A program made the translations under genes and the position numbers. This document shows positions 61,408-64,000 of a stretch of DNA of 64,000 nt, piece after piece; the first letter of the stretch is position 1; each line of letters starts with the position of its first letter. The notes under the pieces are model-generated. The model saw only the letters and a program-made list of their open reading frames with translations, had not been told where the DNA came from and did no database searches. The DNA is from Mobula hypostoma (lineage: Eukaryota): the NCBI RefSeq assembly GCF_963921235.1, contig NC_086108.1, positions 23,932,001-23,996,000 on the forward strand, in the 5' to 3' direction.

Positions 61408-63403
61408 TGTCATGGTCCGGTCCGTGAAGTCCATATTCCGGTTCACGGTCCGGTCCATCGACCCTTGCTCCAGGTTTTCCTATTTACCCTGTTTCTGTTC
61501 TTGTTGAGCTAACTGAGGCAGCTGATGATGCTCATTGGGGCTGGCTGCATAAATACCTTCAGAGACCCAGGCATGGCTGCTGGATTGTTCTTGTCCTTAC
61601 TCCTTGTATCCCTTCTCCTGCCTTCTGTTTCCTGGCCTGTAGTCCTGCCTTGTCTTGCTGGTAACTCTCGCCTCTCCTGAAGTTCTTGTCTTGCCTTGCC
61701 TTGCCTGAAGCCTTGCCTTGTCTTGCTGGTAACTCTCACCTCGTCTCACCTGCAGTCTTGTCCTGGAGCCACCCTGTACCTAGCTCCTTTCCTGTCCCTT
61801 GCCTCTACCCAGGTAAGTCAGGCCGTCTTGCTGTTACCTGGGGTTGGTTCTGTCCCTTCCTGTCCCTTGCCTCTGTCGGGTGGTGATCCGCGCCCTGCCC
61901 AGGAGGAGCCTGCCAAGCCTCGCCTCAAGTCTCCTGTCTCCAGCCTCCAACCTTGCCTCGCCTCAAGTCTCATAGATAGATAGATAGATAGATAGATATA
62001 CTTTATTAATCCCGAGGGAAATTTGGTTTCGTTATAGCCGCACCAACCAAGAATAGAGCGTAGACATAGCAATACAAAAAAACCCAACAATCAAACACAA
62101 AAATACAAACTATGCCAGATGGAAAATAAGTCCAGGACCAGTCTATTGGCTCAGGGTGTCTGACCCTCCATGGGAGGAGCTGCACATTCGATGGCCACAG
62201 GCAGGAACGACCTCCCCTGCCGCCAAGTGTTGTATCACGGTGGAATATGGCCGAAGTCCAACAGTAAAAAGTTCAATATCCAGTCTGCAGACACGTTCCT
62301 TGATCGTAATATACCCTGGATTGCACCATCCGTTGTTGGCTAGAACAGTAAGCACCCAACTCCTTCACGCTTACCGCTCTCAGTGCACTTCCGGTCAGCT
62401 GGAACGGTATTACCCACCGAACTCCTCTTCTCCAAAAGTCTCTGTTGTCTCGACCTGGTCCTCTTTCCTCGGCTTTGTGATCCCCCTCTGTGTGTTTTCC
62501 GCTGGATTTCAGCAGGGGTGTCCGCCGCTCTGTTCGCTAAGCCGGCCGGTATTTCCTGGTCCGTGGGATACACAATGCGACCTTGCTCCTGTCCCACATG
62601 TCGGGATGTAACCATTTCCAGCGCTAAAGAAAACCCAAATAAAACTCTGTCTACCAGCACGTTAGAGAGGGAGCAGCTTTGACGTGTTACCGTGTAAAAA
62701 AAAATACAAAAAATAACGTAAATTAAAAAGTAAGAAGAAGGAAGTAAGAATAAATCAGAAAGGCTGTACCAGGCTGCATGCACAACCAGCGCATGCGCAC
62801 TCCAGCCTCCTGCCAAGCCTCGCCTCGTTTCCTGCCTAGCCTCAAGCCTGAAGATTCCAGCCTCGTCCTGCCTGCCTGCCAAGCCTCGTCCTTGCCTGGT
62901 TCTGGGGTACGAGCCAGAGGCAAGACCCAGGTACTGGGTCCTTGTCCAGTCTCTGGCTCGGAGTCCATCCTACCTCCTGCCAAGCCTTGCCTATAGCCTC
63001 AAGCCTGAAGACTCCGGCCTCTAGCCTCTAGCCTCTTGCCAAGCCAAGCCAAGTTTCTAGCCTCTAGCCTCAAGCCTGAAGACTCCAGCCTCCTGCCTCC
63101 TGCCAAGCCTCACCTCTAGCCTCAAGCCTGAGGATTCCAGCCTCATCCTGCCTGCCTGCCAAGACTCGTCCTTGCCTAGTTCTGGGGTCCGAGCCAGAGG
63201 CAAGACCAAGGTACTGGGTTCTTGTCCAGTCTCTGGCTCGGCGTCCAAGCCCGCGTTCCTAGCTGTCTTTTCCAGTCCTGTTCCAGGTTCCTGGTTTTCC
63301 TGTCCATGTCCTTGCCATCGCCCTGTATCCTAGTCCTGTCCCTTGTCCTTCAGTGTCTGTGTCTTGCACTTGGGTCCGTTCCCAGCCACCCCGCCTTATG
63401 ACA
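61408..63403. mobile_element. Solo LTR (about 1.17 kb without its Rex1 insert) inside the Gmr1-like pol
   Basis: Perfect TGTCAT...ATGACA termini; 5-bp TSD cggaa/aggaa; removal restores the frame ...GLSLSR|KEFIEEQNKDPEI; internal gcctcaagcctgaagactccagcc tandem repeats. Confidence 0.88.
61972..62801 (-). mobile_element. Non-autonomous, internally deleted Rex1/Babar element, copy 2
   Basis: Same 5' end, deletion junction, 3' UTR and (TATC)n tail as 25622-26553. Confidence 0.9.
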
Positions 63404-64000
63404 AGGAAGGAATTTATAGAGGAACAAAATAAAGATCCTGAAATTGTGGCCATGTTAAAGGAGACAGCTCTCACAGAAGAGGACGTTCAGGAAGAATCAG
63501 TAGGATATTATCTGAAAGGTGGGGTGCTAATGAAGGACCCTCACCCTAACCCTAACCCTACTGTGCTTGCAAGTGAGAATTGGGCCATTGAACATCAAGT
63601 AGTGGTTCCAAAAGTTTACAGGGCTGAAATTTTAAACATGGCTCACAGTATGCCTTTAGGTGGACATTTTGGAGTGAGAAAGACAGTGAACAGGATTACG
63701 AAAGATTTCTACTGACCTAATTTAAGAAAGGATGTTGTGAATTTTTGCCGGATTCGCCATACCTGCCAGGTTGTGGGGAAACCTAATCAGGTTATTCAAG
63801 TAGCACCACTTAAACTGATACCTGCTTTTGGTGAACCATTTTCCTAGGATCATAGAGGATTGTGTTGGCCCATTGCCAAAGACTGCAGCTTGTTATCAGT
63901 ACTTGTTAACAATTATGTGTGCTGCATCTAGGTTCCCTGAAACTGTGCCTCCCGGAAACATCCAGGCCAAGACTGTGTTAAAAGCACTCATCAAGTTTTC
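63404..64000 (+). pseudogene. Integrase remnant (HHCC region and start of catalytic core)
   Basis: AH...GGHFG..KT, C..C-type region, D-x-x-GPLP; one stop at 63713-63715 and a frameshift near 63845. Confidence 0.85.

Larger units (their letters stand above)
59115..64000 (+). mobile_element. Gmr1-like Ty3/Gypsy LTR retrotransposon (LTR-PBS-gag-PR-INT...), running off the right edge
   Basis: 5' LTR 59115-59819, PBS-Pro, gag 59923-60717, degenerate protease region ~60720-60900, integrase from 63404 (QVVVPKVYRAEILNMAHSMPLGGHFGVRKT...CRIRHTCQ...DCVGPLPKT...YLLTIMCAASRFPE). Confidence 0.88.

Noticed and set aside
60953..61507. 184-aa ORF as a possible extra or env-like gene in the Gypsy element
   Set aside because: It is the PR-INT linker reading into the inserted solo LTR; no signal peptide, furin site or fusion motif recognised.

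Overview
Eukaryotic, repeat-dense vertebrate DNA. The repeat mix (CR1/HER1-type LINEs, V-SINE/HE1-like SINEs, abundant Penelope tails, Rex1/Babar) suggests a cartilaginous fish, probably a ray; this is inferred from sequence style only. I recognise no host protein-coding gene, so the window looks like a large intron or intergenic region. Nearly all long ORFs are retroelement remnants: two Ty3/Gypsy elements (one Gmr1-like with a SCAN-like Gag and integrase placed before RT), two solo LTRs with TSDs, several CR1s (one with a Zn-finger/SGNH-esterase ORF1), Rex1/Babar, RTE, a HERO fragment, a near-complete L1 ORF2, a young Neptune-like Penelope element and Tc1/pogo MITEs. The main observations are: (1) a dispersed family of Penelope 3' tails carrying minimal type-I hammerhead ribozyme cores; (2) a non-autonomous bipartite Rex1/Babar family whose two copies share a 5' end and deletion junction; (3) a four-layer nested insertion at 58.7-64 kb; (4) a templated fold-back filler at a LINE 5' junction; (5) a double-palindrome Tc1 MITE; (6) a few unique-sequence enhancer and exon candidates. 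Family names come from motif recognition, not database searches, and boundaries of degenerate repeats are approximate.
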